A DNA stretch of 64,000 nucleotides from an uncultured Candidatus Saccharibacteria bacterium (GCA_964469405.1 CAYXYP010000003.1:2573-66572); one strand, 5' to 3'; positions 1 through 10,715 are shown, counted from the first letter of the stretch. Numbers and translations are program-made. Notes: generated from the letters alone by a model not told the origin.

Positions 1-593
1 GCTGATGCTCCGCGTTTCGGATCTTGCGTGGATTCGAGTATGAATCCGGTCGCGCTTTCGAGAGGGTCGGCTGTGATATCAGCAAGATCTGCTGAGAGAA
101 GGACGAGGTCAAGAAGTTCCGGTATCCCCTCGCCTGTCTTGGAGGAGACGAGTGCGAAAGCAATGTCACCGCCCATGCCTTCGATGAATATGCCATGCTC
201 GATGAGAGAGTTTTTCGTGTGACCGATATCCGCGTTATTCTTATCGATTTTCGTAATGGCGATGATATACGGAATACCTGCTTCGGCAATTGCGGTAAGT
301 GCGTCAAGGGTTTGTGGCATCACTCCCTCATCTGCCGCGACGACGAGAATTGCGATATCTGCTGCTGCTGCACCTCGAGTACGCAGTGCTTTGAATGCTT
401 CGTGCCCGGGAGTATCAAGGAAAGTGACTGGACGCTCATTGTGGAGCGCGATGTATGCAGCAACGTGCTGAGTGATGCCACCCGCCTCACCCGCAACAAT
501 ATTCGCCTTTCGGATGTAATCCAGAAGCGAAGACTTTCCATGGTCTGTGTGGCCCATCACCGCGATGACGGGCGGTCTTTGGATCCGCGCCAT
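1..593 (-). CDS. infB: Translation initiation factor IF-2, runs off the window edge
   Basis: Manual translation from ATG at 593: [47 protein letters not shown], the IF2 G-domain motifs. Not in the ORF track. Confidence 0.95.
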   Translation of the reverse strand, partial: MARIQRPPVIAVMGHTDHGKSSLLDYIRKANIVAGEAGGITQHVAAYIALHNERPVTFLDTPGHEAFKALRTRGAAAADIAILVVAADEGVMPQTLDALTAIAEAGIPYIIAITKIDKNNADIGHTKNSLIEHGIFIEGMGGDIAFALVSSKTGEGIPELLDLVLLSADLADITADPLESATGFILESTQDPKRGAS

Positions 594-718
594 AATGGCT
601 CTATTTCATCACAAAAATGACTTAATTGCAACATTTTCTTTATGCTTATGATGCAATGTATTCTCTACAGAATGAGACGCGGCATCTACTAGCATGCAAC
701 ATCGTGTAGAATTGAATC

Positions 719-1861
719 ATGTTTTGGAATCATAGAAGCTATTTAGATTATGCCTCGGGCGTAAGTGGTAACCCTTCGTCGCCCCATGAAGAGGGAAGGC
801 TCGCGAAGAAAATGCTTGAAGACGCCCGGGCAACTATCGCGCGGCTTACCGAAGTGCAGTCGGACGATGTCATTTTTACGAGTGGTGCGACGGAGAGTAA
901 CGCTCTCGCAATCCTTGGGCATACAAGAGCACGTAAGGCGAACGGCGGGAAAGATATGCATATTTTATATTTGCCAAGCTCGCACGCGTCAATCGTGGAG
1001 AATGCAAAATTATTGATGACGGAGGGAAATGTAGTTGAGCCTCTTCCGATTAAGGATTGTCGCGTTGATATCGAAGCATTAACGAAAATGTTACGGAGCG
1101 AAACAACGCTGATCTCAATGGATGCTGTTTGTGGCGAAACAGGTGTGGTGTGGAATACGCGCGAAGTGGCACATCTTCTCCAGACCCATGTAGGACGTAG
1201 TACGTCCTACATGGGTGAACGGGCGCTGCTCCATGTCGATGCTAGTCAGGCCTCTTTGACCGAGAAGATGTCGCGCGCGCACTTCGGCGCAGATTTACTC
1301 ACCCTCGATGCTTCGAAAGTTGGCGAGACGCGCGGTATCGGCGTTCTGATTGCACATCAGACAATTCCGATTGCTCCGCTCTATGCAGGAGGCGGTCAGG
1401 AGCGTGGGTTGCGTTCCGGAAGTGAAGCGCCTAAACTTGCGCGGAATTTCGCGCACACGCTCTCAATTGTTGTTCATGGTCGTGAAGCGTTTCGGGCTTC
1501 GGCGGAGCGAGAGCGAACTCTTCTTATCGAAGCCATCAATAATAGTGTTCAGAATGTTTATATACAGGAAGGTCGTTTTCAGGCGCCACAGATTCTCAAC
1601 CTATCGTTCCCGGGTCGTGACACCGACTACCTCGTCGCGCTCCTTGACGAAGCGGGTTTCGCCATCTCATCGAGAAGTGCATGCGAAACAGACTCTAAAG
1701 AGGGATCGCGTGCAGTTCTGGCTCTCACGGGTGACCCCGAACGCGCTCGCGCGACACTCCGAATCTCGTGGGGTCCGGACGTTCGTTCGAGCGAATTAAC
1801 CCGCTTTGCTAGGGCGCTTGCACGGGCAGTTGCATTTATTGACAATAGTAGTCATGGGTAG
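719..1861 (+). CDS. iscS: Cysteine desulfurase (IscS/NifS class V aminotransferase)
   Basis: YLDYA, GNPSS, FTSGATESN, HVDASQA, GGGQERGLRSGS and catalytic Cys loop SSRSAC. Confidence 0.85.
   Translation: MFWNHRSYLDYASGVSGNPSSPHEEGRLAKKMLEDARATIARLTEVQSDDVIFTSGATESNALAILGHTRARKANGGKDMHILYLPSSHASIVENAKLLMTEGNVVEPLPIKDCRVDIEALTKMLRSETTLISMDAVCGETGVVWNTREVAHLLQTHVGRSTSYMGERALLHVDASQASLTEKMSRAHFGADLLTLDASKVGETRGIGVLIAHQTIPIAPLYAGGGQERGLRSGSEAPKLARNFAHTLSIVVHGREAFRASAERERTLLIEAINNSVQNVYIQEGRFQAPQILNLSFPGRDTDYLVALLDEAGFAISSRSACETDSKEGSRAVLALTGDPERARATLRISWGPDVRSSELTRFARALARAVAFIDNSSHG
1184..1216. repeat. 33-bp palindrome in-frame inside iscS
   Basis: ACCCATGTAGGACGTA-G-TACGTCCTACATGGGT with perfect 16-bp arms; the core recurs at 50112. 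Confidence 0.9.
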
Positions 1862-1873
1862 CATTATATCTGT

Positions 1874-2647
1874 ATGAATATTGAGGAACTCTCAAAATCT
1901 CAACTCATATTGCTCACGATTCTTGTGAATTTCGTGACGGCAGTCGCGACCGGTATTTTGACGGTCTCGTTGCTTGATAAAGCGCCACCTATTGTGACGC
2001 AAACGGTGAATCGTGTTGTTGAGCACACTATTGAGAGGGTTACACAGCAGGTAGCACCTGCCAGCGTCGCTCTCGCGCCGGCACCCTCGAATCAGGATCT
2101 TGTTACGGCGGCTCTTGGCATAAGCGCGTCTCGCGAGGTCGCGATCTATGCTGCGCAGACCGGTACATCGACCCCGGCCGTTTCTATCGGCACGTATCTT
2201 TCTAAATCGCGTGCCATCGCGACCGCAGCACAAGACATCTTGCCCAGAGAAGTACTCATCGAATTTTCGGACGGTTCGTATATTCCGGCTTCTCTTGCCC
2301 ATGAAGGCGGCGGCATCGCCATCTATGGTTTCGCCGATAGCGCAGTGTTGCCAAAAATATCCTCACCGATTCTGGTGACCTTGAATAATCTGAAGCTTGG
2401 TCAGACCGCTCTCGCTATCAGCACCGACGGTTCCGCGACTACCGGCATCGTGGCTCGCGTGAGCACGAAAGGTGTTCATACCACATTGCCGGATACCGGT
2501 GCAGGAAGTGCTACCGTTGATTTATCGGGGAATCTCATCGGAATCAGTGCAGGGATAACCTCGGGGCTGCTCATTCCTTCAGACAGAATAGCCATGCTCC
2601 TCGCCGCCACCTCAACGACTGCAACCTCGACCGCTGTAGTGAAGTAA
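1874..2647 (+). CDS. Membrane-anchored degenerate trypsin/HtrA-like domain protein
   Basis: N-terminal TM helix followed by TQTVNRVVE; C-terminal GSATVDLSGNLIGI resembles the S1C GGPLxNxxGxVIGI motif. Confidence 0.5.
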   Translation: MNIEELSKSQLILLTILVNFVTAVATGILTVSLLDKAPPIVTQTVNRVVEHTIERVTQQVAPASVALAPAPSNQDLVTAALGISASREVAIYAAQTGTSTPAVSIGTYLSKSRAIATAAQDILPREVLIEFSDGSYIPASLAHEGGGIAIYGFADSAVLPKISSPILVTLNNLKLGQTALAISTDGSATTGIVARVSTKGVHTTLPDTGAGSATVDLSGNLIGISAGITSGLLIPSDRIAMLLAATSTTATSTAVVK

Positions 2648-2659
2648 TAATCTCTACCT

Positions 2660-5341
2660 ATGCCTCCTTTTAATAATTTTACTACCAAAGCAAAAGAAGC
2701 CGTTCGTCGTGCGCACGAGCTCGCGATAGAGCGCGGACAGAATCATGTTTCGCCGCTCCACTTGCTCGGGGCGCTCGTGCTACAAGAGGAGTCACTCGTT
2801 TTCTCGATGCTTGATCGGATGGAAGTCGATACCAACCTGCTGGCGGATACCATACTTGAGCACCTTGAGACGCCTGAGAATGCTTCTGTTCTTTCACCCA
2901 CATACCAGATCTACCTCACACCGGATCTTGCCCAGGCGCTCGAAACGTCAGGAAAGATTGCTGCGCGAATGAACGATACGTTTGTTGGTACCGAGCATCT
3001 CTTTCTTGCCGTCATTGAACATCCGGGTGGGGCTGCTGATATCTTCACACGCTTCTCGATAACCCAGAACGCCGCAATAGCAGTCCTCAAAGAGCTTAAA
3101 AATTCGAAAGACGGACAGGTCACAGAGCCGAAACGTTTTCGCGCACTCACGAAGTATGCGCGCAATCTTAATAAGCTCGCTGCTGAAAATAAACTTGATC
3201 CAGTTATAGGTCGCGATACTGAAATCAATCGAGTTATTCAGATTCTTGCACGTCGCACGAAGAATAACCCGGTTCTTATAGGTGAAGCAGGAGTAGGGAA
3301 GACTGCGATTGCGGAAGGGCTTGCCGCACGCATGGCATCGGGCGATGTTCCCGAATCGCTCAAAGGCAAAGAGCTTCTCTCACTCGATCTCGGACTCATG
3401 ATTGCTGGCACCAAATACCGTGGGGAGTTCGAAGAGCGCATGAAGAATGTGATGAAAGAAGTTGAGCGTGCCGAAGGGAAGGTCATTCTCTTTGTCGATG
3501 AGCTTCATATGCTCGTGGGTGCGGGTGGTGCCGAGGGATCTTTGGATGCGTCAAACATGCTAAAGCCTGCGCTCTCGCGCGGTGAGATCCGTGTTGTTGG
3601 GGCGACCACGCTGAAGGAATATCAGAAATATATCGAGAAAGATGCTGCGCTTACGCGGCGTTTCCAGTCGGTGTTCGTACAAGAACCTTCGGTTGAGGAT
3701 GGTATCGCTATCTTGCGCGGGCTGCGAGACAAGTACGAACTTTTCCACGGCGTCCGTATTACCGATGGAGCCGTCGTCGCAGCGGTCGAACTCTCGTCGC
3801 GTTATATCAGCGACCGCTTCCTACCTGACAAGGCCATTGATCTTATCGATGAAGCTGCATCGGGGCTCCGCATCGCGCTTGAAAATAAGCCTCCGCTCTT
3901 GGAAGAAACCGATCGTAAGATTCGTCGCCTTGAGATCGAGCGTCAGGCGCTCCAAAAAGATTTGGAAGGTGAACACGCCAAAGAAATTAAAGAGCGCATT
4001 AAGGTCATCGACAAAGAAGTTGCTGATTTGAAAGAGAAAACCAGTGAGCTTGAACTCAAGTGGAAGAACGAGAAAGAGGTGTTGGTCGGTATTCGTGCTG
4101 CCAAGACTGAACTTGAAGCGTTGAAGATACAGGCGGACAATGCCGAGGCTGCGGCCGATCTTGGCACGGTCGCGGAAATTCGGTACGGGCGTATTCCGCA
4201 TATTCAGAAAGATCTTGAGACGAAATTGAAGCGTCTAAAGACGTTGCAGAAGTCGCGACGTGTATTGAATGAGGAAGTGACGGAACAAGATATTGCAGGC
4301 GTCGTCGCTCGTTGGACCGGTATTCCGGTTGCACGCATGCTCGAAGAAGAGGTCACAAAACTTTCGCGCATGGAAGAAGCTCTCAAGCGGAGTGTTATCG
4401 GCCAAGATATCGCCGTGAAGAAGGTCACTGATGCTGTAAAACGCTCACGGGTAGGCATTAGTGATCCTAATCGCCCGATAGGCTCGTTCCTCTTCCTCGG
4501 TCCCACTGGCGTGGGGAAGACTGAGCTTTCAAAAAAGCTCGCGGAGTTCATGTTTAATGATACTGATGCTCTTGTACGCGTGGATATGAGTGAGTTTATG
4601 GAGAAGCACTCAGTTGCGAAGCTTATTGGTGCGCCACCAGGTTATGTAGGCTATGAAGAGGCAGGCTCACTGACCGAACGTATTCGACATCGTCCATATG
4701 CGGTGGTACTCTTCGACGAAATCGAGAAGGCTCATCCGGAAGTGTTCAATATTCTTCTTCAAGTGCTTGATTCTGGTCATCTGACCGACAGCAAAGGACG
4801 TAAAGTCAACTTTAAGAACACGATCATCGTATTGACCAGTAATATTGGTGGGGAATTCATCGACCGACTTGCGCATATCGGCTTCGGTACCGCAGGTGCT
4901 ACAGATGCAACTCGTTACGAAGAGACAAAAGAAAGAGTTATGAGTGCACTCAAAGAGCACTTCCGCCCCGAATTTCTTAATCGTCTTGATGACATTATTA
5001 TTTTCGATGTGCTCGCAAAGGAGGCACTTGCCAAGATTGTCGATACGCAAGTTGAAGAGGTTATGAAACGACTCACGCAAAAGCGCATTGCGCTCGCGAT
5101 TGATCCCCAAGTACATTCATGGCTTGCCGACAAGGGTTATAATCCTCAATATGGTGCCCGTCCACTCCGCCGCACAATCCAGGATAAGATACTCACCCCT
5201 CTCGCATCGATGATGGTTGACCATGGGGTGATGGAGGGCGGTACCGTGACTATCACTATCAAGAACGATGAGCCCCATTTTGAAGTAAAAAAGCGTGCGT
5301 CGCGGAAGGCGCACTCGAGTTCCGTATCAGCCACAGTGTAG
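2660..5341 (+). CDS. clpB: ATP-dependent chaperone ClpB
   Basis: Clp N-domain, two Walker A motifs ([16 protein letters not shown]), long coiled-coil middle domain, GARPLRR. Confidence 0.92.
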   Translation: MPPFNNFTTKAKEAVRRAHELAIERGQNHVSPLHLLGALVLQEESLVFSMLDRMEVDTNLLADTILEHLETPENASVLSPTYQIYLTPDLAQALETSGKIAARMNDTFVGTEHLFLAVIEHPGGAADIFTRFSITQNAAIAVLKELKNSKDGQVTEPKRFRALTKYARNLNKLAAENKLDPVIGRDTEINRVIQILARRTKNNPVLIGEAGVGKTAIAEGLAARMASGDVPESLKGKELLSLDLGLMIAGTKYRGEFEERMKNVMKEVERAEGKVILFVDELHMLVGAGGAEGSLDASNMLKPALSRGEIRVVGATTLKEYQKYIEKDAALTRRFQSVFVQEPSVEDGIAILRGLRDKYELFHGVRITDGAVVAAVELSSRYISDRFLPDKAIDLIDEAASGLRIALENKPPLLEETDRKIRRLEIERQALQKDLEGEHAKEIKERIKVIDKEVADLKEKTSELELKWKNEKEVLVGIRAAKTELEALKIQADNAEAAADLGTVAEIRYGRIPHIQKDLETKLKRLKTLQKSRRVLNEEVTEQDIAGVVARWTGIPVARMLEEEVTKLSRMEEALKRSVIGQDIAVKKVTDAVKRSRVGISDPNRPIGSFLFLGPTGVGKTELSKKLAEFMFNDTDALVRVDMSEFMEKHSVAKLIGAPPGYVGYEEAGSLTERIRHRPYAVVLFDEIEKAHPEVFNILLQVLDSGHLTDSKGRKVNFKNTIIVLTSNIGGEFIDRLAHIGFGTAGATDATRYEETKERVMSALKEHFRPEFLNRLDDIIIFDVLAKEALAKIVDTQVEEVMKRLTQKRIALAIDPQVHSWLADKGYNPQYGARPLRRTIQDKILTPLASMMVDHGVMEGGTVTITIKNDEPHFEVKKRASRKAHSSSVSATV

Positions 5342-5392
5342 AGCGTTCCTGCTTTGCTTGCGACATAATGACGAATCTGTTACATTTTACGC

Positions 5393-5548
5393 ATGTCACA
5401 AGACCGCCTACTTAGGCTCAAGTCCACGAAGTCCAACCATGTTATCTGGACTCGCAAGAATAGAAAGACCACCGAGCGCAAGATCGAACTCCAAAAGTTC
5501 GATCCGACGTTGCGCAAACGCGTTACTTTTAAAGAGGCAAAGAGATAA
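5393..5548 (+). CDS. rpmG: 50S ribosomal protein L33, Cys-free type
   Basis: Manual translation MSQDRLLRLKSTKSNHVIWTRKNRKTTERKIELQKFDPTLRKRVTFKEAKR. Confidence 0.93.
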   Translation: MSQDRLLRLKSTKSNHVIWTRKNRKTTERKIELQKFDPTLRKRVTFKEAKR

Positions 5549-5549
5549 T

Positions 5550-5577
5550 TAAAAACCGCCGAGAAGGCGGTTTTTAA
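5550..5577 (+). terminator. Intrinsic terminator after rpmG
   Basis: AAAAACCGCC-GAGAA-GGCGGTTTTT hairpin. Confidence 0.75.
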
Positions 5578-5671
5578 CAAGTGGTCCTGAGACAGGGATT
5601 TCGAGAAGACGTAACTTAGACTCAGAGCAGTTGCTTCCGTGGTATCGTGATAAACAAACTACAGACACTGT

Positions 5672-6913
5672 ATGGCAACAATACAAGGGATTAGGGCTCG
5701 GGAAATTTTTGACTCGCGTGGCAATCCGACGGTAGAAGTCGAGCTCGAGACTCTGCAAGGGAAAGGATCAGCATCGGTGCCGTCAGGCGCAAGTGTCGGA
5801 GCATATGAGGCGCATGAACTGCGTGATGGTGGTGGAGCGACACGTGGTGTATCGGAAGCGATTACGCATGTGAACGAAACCGTAGCAGCGGCTGTCGTCG
5901 GAAAAGAATTCGACCAACAGAATCTCGATACCTTCTTATGTGAATTTGATGGCACACCGAATAAGAGCCGGCTCGGAGCGAATGCCATCTTGCCGGTCTC
6001 AGTCGCTTTTGCACGGGCGCAAGCTAAGGAACATGGTATAGAGCTCTACGCGTATCTCGGCGCTCTCGACAACAGAAAAGCTTTTTCCATACCGCAACCG
6101 CTCTTTAACATCCTCAACGGGGGCAAACACGCACGTTACGGCATTGATATTCAAGAGTGCATGCTTGCACCGATTGGATTCCAGAGTGTGCGCGAACGCG
6201 TTGTCGCAGCAGAGAAGTGTATGTCGATATTGAAGTCGTTATTGGAGCAGAAGGGCAGTAGTACCTCGATGGGCGATGAAGGAGGATTCGCACCCGCGCT
6301 CAGCGGGAATGACGAAGCTCTCGAATTGTTGGTGTCCGCCATATCGCAAGCTGGGTATACGACTAAACAGATACGAATCGCACTCGATATTGCGGCAAGC
6401 AGTTTTTACAAAGACGGAAGTTACGTGTTAAAAGCGGGCGGGAAAGAGCAGGTAATAGGCAGGGAGCAGATGCTCGAATGGTACGCCGCCTCGGCGAAGA
6501 AATACCCGATCATTTCAATTGAAGACGGGTTTGCAGAAGATGACTGGGATGGATTTGTAGCACTTCAGAAGTCGCTTGGCGGAACTCTGTCTATTGTCGG
6601 GGATGATCTTACCGTGACCAACGTAGAGCGTATAAGCATGGCAGCAGAAAAGAAGGCTGCCAATGCATGTATCATTAAGCCAAATCAAATCGGCACAGTG
6701 ACCGAGACTATCGAAGCAGTTCGGGCAGCGCGAAATGCAGGATGGAAACTCTTTGCCTCGCATCGTTCGGGGGAAACCATGGACACGTTCATATCGGACT
6801 TCGCCGTCGGCCTTTCGTGCGATTACATTAAGGCCGGTGCACCAACGAAAAAAGAACGCGTGGTGAAATATGATCGCCTGATCGAGATTGAAGAACATTT
6901 GCATATGCTATGA
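5672..6913 (+). CDS. eno: Enolase
   Basis: DSRGNPTVEVE, VPSGASVG, GDEGGFAP, VGDDL, IKPNQIGT, SHRSGET. Confidence 0.97.
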   Translation: MATIQGIRAREIFDSRGNPTVEVELETLQGKGSASVPSGASVGAYEAHELRDGGGATRGVSEAITHVNETVAAAVVGKEFDQQNLDTFLCEFDGTPNKSRLGANAILPVSVAFARAQAKEHGIELYAYLGALDNRKAFSIPQPLFNILNGGKHARYGIDIQECMLAPIGFQSVRERVVAAEKCMSILKSLLEQKGSSTSMGDEGGFAPALSGNDEALELLVSAISQAGYTTKQIRIALDIAASSFYKDGSYVLKAGGKEQVIGREQMLEWYAASAKKYPIISIEDGFAEDDWDGFVALQKSLGGTLSIVGDDLTVTNVERISMAAEKKAANACIIKPNQIGTVTETIEAVRAARNAGWKLFASHRSGETMDTFISDFAVGLSCDYIKAGAPTKKERVVKYDRLIEIEEHLHML

Positions 6914-7548
6914 CACTCCCTGGTACTCTTATCATCGCGCGACACCACGAATCGGAATGGAACAAAAAAGGTCTGTGGACCGGCACGCGCGATGTGCACC
7001 TTACCGAATATGGATTCTTGAAGTCGAGTGAGATGGGAGCCTTGCTTCAAGGGGTACGCATCGACAATGCATTCGCTTCCACACAAGTTCGTTCAAGCGA
7101 GACACTCTCGTCTATGCTGGGAAATTTGGGGCTACAAAACGTGCCGACAGAGCGTGTACCGATGCTGAACGAGCGTGACTACGGCGATTACACAGGGAAA
7201 AACAAGTGGGAGATGAAGGAGATTCTTGGGGAGGAAGTTTTCGAACATATGCGTCGCGACTGGGACTACCCCATTCCTCATGGCGAGACACTTAGACAGG
7301 TCTACGAGCGAGTAGTGCCATTTTACTGTAGTACGGTCGTGCCGCTTTTACAGACTGGAAAGAGTGTGCTTATTGTTTCGCATGGGAATGCTTTGCGCGC
7401 GCTCATGGTATATATTGAATCGATTTCGAAAGATGAAGCACGCAATCTCGAGATGCTCTTCGGTGCGGTAGTGCTCTATCAAGTAGATAATGAGGGTAAA
7501 TCGGCGCACAAGGAAGTACGTACGGTGGAGTCAGATGTTAATGCGTAA
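6910..7548 (+). CDS. gpmA: 2,3-BPG-dependent phosphoglycerate mutase
   Basis: RHHESEWN, LNERDYG, SHGNALRAL; overlaps the eno stop codon. Confidence 0.9.
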   Translation: MTLPGTLIIARHHESEWNKKGLWTGTRDVHLTEYGFLKSSEMGALLQGVRIDNAFASTQVRSSETLSSMLGNLGLQNVPTERVPMLNERDYGDYTGKNKWEMKEILGEEVFEHMRRDWDYPIPHGETLRQVYERVVPFYCSTVVPLLQTGKSVLIVSHGNALRALMVYIESISKDEARNLEMLFGAVVLYQVDNEGKSAHKEVRTVESDVNA

Positions 7549-7565
7549 GTTTTTTAATATCTTCG

Positions 7566-7680
7566 GCGGGCCCACCAGGAATCGCCTCTCGCCTTGCTAG
7601 GCTCGAGACCTTCGCACCCTCCTCGGGTGCTGCGGCCCGCGGTCCGATTCCTGTTGGACTCCTCGCTCACTATGTTCGCT
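7566..7680 (-). repeat. tRNA-Trp trailer element with inverted and direct copies of the tRNA 3' end
   Basis: 7566-7584 is identical to 7681-7699 (19 nt); 7641-7661 is an inverted copy (18/21). Confidence 0.85.
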
Positions 7681-7681
7681 G

Positions 7682-7752
7682 CGGGCCCACCAGGAATCGG
7701 ACCTGGGCTGTCGGTTTTGGAGACCGATGTACTACCATTATACGATGGACCC
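7682..7752 (-). tRNA. tRNA-Trp(CCA)
   Basis: Cloverleaf GGGTCCA..TGGGCCC; anticodon arm TCGGT-CTCCAAA-ACCGA; T-loop TCCGATT. Confidence 0.93.
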
Positions 7753-7918
7753 GTACTAGGAAAGATAGCAGATAGAGGGTGAGAAGCGAATACCTGGGGC
7801 TTCGCAAGGTCAGACTGAGCAAAGGCGATGGAGGAGGGTTCGCGGGTTTGTTAGAAGGCAAAAAACCGTGTGGGGGAAAAGCCGCGTGGCGCAGAGTCTC
7901 GCGCGGTATGATATATGC

Positions 7919-8836
7919 ATGCGTTCTCGCATTTCTCTATTGGCACTCTTTTTTATAGTGAGTTCAATCGCACTGCTACCTCTGGCTGCGCACGCGTCAG
8001 CAATACCATTTTTTGGTCCGATTATTCCGCAAGGAGATAATCAATCAGTGTGTCCTGCAGGCTGGGGCATGGTACTTGTAGTTATCAATAACATCATTAG
8101 TTTTTCTATCACTATTGCTATTGTATTTGTCGCGCCGATCATGATTGGCTACGCAGGATTCCTCATGGTGGTAAATCCGACATCCTCTGGAGATATTCAA
8201 AAGGCAAAAAAAGTTCTCTGGAACACCATCATTGGTCTTGTCATTTCACTAGCTGGCTGGATGATTGTCGCTGCAATTATGGCGGTGCTTTATAATCCAA
8301 CTCAAGCGAATGGCTTGAAAGCATGGGCGGACATCATCGGTTCACACAATGCTCCAGCATGCCTTCCTCAAAAGGGGGCACTGCCCGGAGATACATTAAA
8401 TCAAGCGGTCACGACGCCTGGTCTTATTCCTGGAGCTGTGCAAGGCAAGTTCACGTTTGATCCGGGGATAGATGCACAAGTGATTACCGAATCAGGAGCA
8501 CTCAATTCATTGTTGTCCTGTATGGTCGCAAAAGTGCCGGCAGGCGTTGGCAGAATCTCTTCCATTTCTGATAGTGTGATAGCCAGCGGTTCGAAAACAT
8601 TTGCACAGTGCGCGGCGGGTGGAACCGCAGCTGGTTGCGCGCACGAGGTCAAATCTTGCCACTACGGCGGCAGGAGTTGTATCGGGAGTTCCTACGCGGT
8701 TGATTTCGGTGATCAGCAAAACAAACAAGCACTTTCGGCGGCAGCGATGGCATGCAACTCGGGAGCATTCATCAATGATGAAGGTGGCCACATACATATA
8801 AGTGTTGGTATGTTATCGAATTGTGAGTGTAACTAA
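7919..8836 (+). CDS. VirB2/T4SS-pilin-like protein with C-terminal Cys-rich putative M15-like peptidase domain
   Basis: Signal peptide AHA; two-TM pilin pattern GYAGF..KAKKVLWNTIIGL; C-terminal SCHY..YAVDF..HIH. Start moved to the ATG after TATGAT. Confidence 0.6.
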   Translation: MRSRISLLALFFIVSSIALLPLAAHASAIPFFGPIIPQGDNQSVCPAGWGMVLVVINNIISFSITIAIVFVAPIMIGYAGFLMVVNPTSSGDIQKAKKVLWNTIIGLVISLAGWMIVAAIMAVLYNPTQANGLKAWADIIGSHNAPACLPQKGALPGDTLNQAVTTPGLIPGAVQGKFTFDPGIDAQVITESGALNSLLSCMVAKVPAGVGRISSISDSVIASGSKTFAQCAAGGTAAGCAHEVKSCHYGGRSCIGSSYAVDFGDQQNKQALSAAAMACNSGAFINDEGGHIHISVGMLSNCECN

Positions 8837-8838
8837 TT

Positions 8839-9690
8839 TCACACGTTCGATTCGTCTTTAAGTTTACGCAGCCAGGCCTTCTGGCGACGGGCATACTGCC
8901 AGAGTTTTGCCGACAGAGCAGGGAGGAGCGATGTTTCGGTTCGTTCCCCACGTAAAAATTCACCTACCATTTTGTATTCAAGACCAAGTTCGTTCAGACG
9001 CTCGTCGCCGACCGCATCACGCACGCGGCGTATCTCATCAATAAGTCCTCGTGCAAGAGCGGTGGCAAGTCGCGCGTCGATTCTTGTACGCAATTCTTCT
9101 TTTGTTGGGTCAATAACAATCCACTCGACCGCGTATGCGGACACGGGCTTCGTGCGCATAGGAACTTCCCCTTTCGCCTCGATAATTTCAAGTGCACGGA
9201 TGAGCCGGCGGCGATTTTGCGGGTCGAGCTCGACAGCACGACGCGCGTCCGCGAAGCGGACGCGCGTATATAATTCTTCGGTAGTGAGTTTTTCAAGTTC
9301 CTCGCGCAGCTTGGGGTTCGCGTCCACTCCTGTCGGGAGGCCATGGAGCAGCGCATTGAAATAAAAATGCGTTCCGCCGACGAGAATCGGGAGCTTTCCT
9401 CGAGCCGAAATTTCTTCGATAAGTCGTGTCGCATCACCGACAAAATCTCCCGCAGAATAGGTTGCTTCTGGGTTGAGCATATCGATGAGATGATGAGGTA
9501 TGCCGCGCATTTCCTCACGCGAGATTTTCTCGGTACCGATATCAAGTCCGCGATACACCTGTCGTGAATCGACGGAAATAATTTCACCGCTGCGTGCGAG
9601 AGCCTCCTCAACTGCTTGTGAGGATTTCCCTGAGGCGGTAGGCCCCATAATGAGTAGAATTTGTCTTTGCACTGCGAGCGATGGTATCAT
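8839..9690 (-). CDS. miaA: tRNA dimethylallyltransferase
   Basis: GPTASGKS, DSRQVYRGLDIGT, VGGTHFY, YARRQKAW. Confidence 0.95.
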   Translation of the reverse strand: MIPSLAVQRQILLIMGPTASGKSSQAVEEALARSGEIISVDSRQVYRGLDIGTEKISREEMRGIPHHLIDMLNPEATYSAGDFVGDATRLIEEISARGKLPILVGGTHFYFNALLHGLPTGVDANPKLREELEKLTTEELYTRVRFADARRAVELDPQNRRRLIRALEIIEAKGEVPMRTKPVSAYAVEWIVIDPTKEELRTRIDARLATALARGLIDEIRRVRDAVGDERLNELGLEYKMVGEFLRGERTETSLLPALSAKLWQYARRQKAWLRKLKDESNV

Positions 9691-9712
9691 GGTGCAAGCG
9701 TAATCAAAAAAT

Positions 9713-10372
9713 ATGAAAGATACCAAAAGCAACTATTGCGAACATTGCGGTGAGTTCCATGACTTGGTGCAAGACTATATTTCGCAGATAAAAGTAGGTA
9801 CGACGGTGCCGGATTTTGAATTTGAGGTCTTTCATGAGGGCGCTATCAAGACGATGAGTCTCTCAAAACTGAGGGGGAAGTGGACCGTGTTGGTGTTCTA
9901 TCCGGCGGACTTTACCTTCGTCTGCCCGACAGAGCTCGAGGAGCTTGCAAAGTTGTATCCGAAGTTCTTAGAACTCAATGCTGAAATTATTTCGGTATCG
10001 ACCGACACGGTGCATACTCACAAAGCGTGGCACGATGTGTCTCCCGGCATAAAGGAGATTGCGTATCCGATGGCGGCGGATCCTTCCGGCAAGATCTCCT
10101 CCGCATTCGGGGTCCTTATCGAAGGCGGCGAAGCAGCACTTACTACAGACGAAGGTCTCGCGCTTCGCGGTACGTTTATCATCGATCCTTCCGGGACACT
10201 GCGTTCGATGGAGGTGAACGATAATTCTATTGGTCGCAAAGGTTCGGAGACATTAAGGAAGCTCCAGGCTGCACAGTATGTCGAGACTCATAAGGGTCAA
10301 GTCTGTCCTGCTTCTTGGGAACCGGGTGACGATACTCTTGAGCCGGGGCTAGACCTAGTGGGGAAGTTGTAG
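9713..10372 (+). CDS. ahpC: 2-Cys peroxiredoxin
   Basis: FYPADFTFVCPTE and resolving Cys in VCPASW. Confidence 0.95.
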   Translation: MKDTKSNYCEHCGEFHDLVQDYISQIKVGTTVPDFEFEVFHEGAIKTMSLSKLRGKWTVLVFYPADFTFVCPTELEELAKLYPKFLELNAEIISVSTDTVHTHKAWHDVSPGIKEIAYPMAADPSGKISSAFGVLIEGGEAALTTDEGLALRGTFIIDPSGTLRSMEVNDNSIGRKGSETLRKLQAAQYVETHKGQVCPASWEPGDDTLEPGLDLVGKL

Positions 10373-10407
10373 ATTCCACCTAGAACGTTAGTTCTGCATC
10401 ATTAAGA

Positions 10408-10443
10408 AAAGGCCCTCGCATGGATATCCATGCGAGGGCCTTT
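10408..10443. terminator. Perfect 36-bp palindrome, probable bidirectional terminator
   Basis: AAAGGCCCTCGCATGGATATCCATGCGAGGGCCTTT between convergent genes. Confidence 0.7.
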
Positions 10444-10454
10444 GGCGCTAATGC

Positions 10455-10715
10455 TCAGAAATATTCAAAGCTATATCCTGTTAGCATATGCGCTTTTTTA
10501 ATTCGAAGTCCAAACATTTCTCCAAGTAGTCGCGCGAGATCTGCAAATTCGTTGTTAGATTTGATGAATTCAACTATCTTTTTATCATCGCTGTTCTCCC
10601 AGCGTATGATTACCCCATTTTCATCAAACAGCCACAAACACTGATTCTTTGGATTAAAACAGATGGAATATCCCGAACGAAGGGGAGTACTTTTTCTGGC
10701 GAGTACTTCTGGCAT
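10455..10715 (-). CDS. Orphan hypothetical protein (86 aa)
   Basis: AAGGAGG SD, upstream TTGACA-16-TATACT, terminator downstream. Confidence 0.7.
   Translation of the reverse strand: MPEVLARKSTPLRSGYSICFNPKNQCLWLFDENGVIIRWENSDDKKIVEFIKSNNEFADLARLLGEMFGLRIKKAHMLTGYSFEYF

Noticed and set aside
28-620. Plus-strand ORFs including a Cys-rich 141-aa ORF
   Set aside because: They are antisense shadows of infB.
7682-7752. Alternative genetic code (UGA recoding)
   Set aside because: Many conserved genes end in TGA at the expected positions and long ORFs are intact in code 11.
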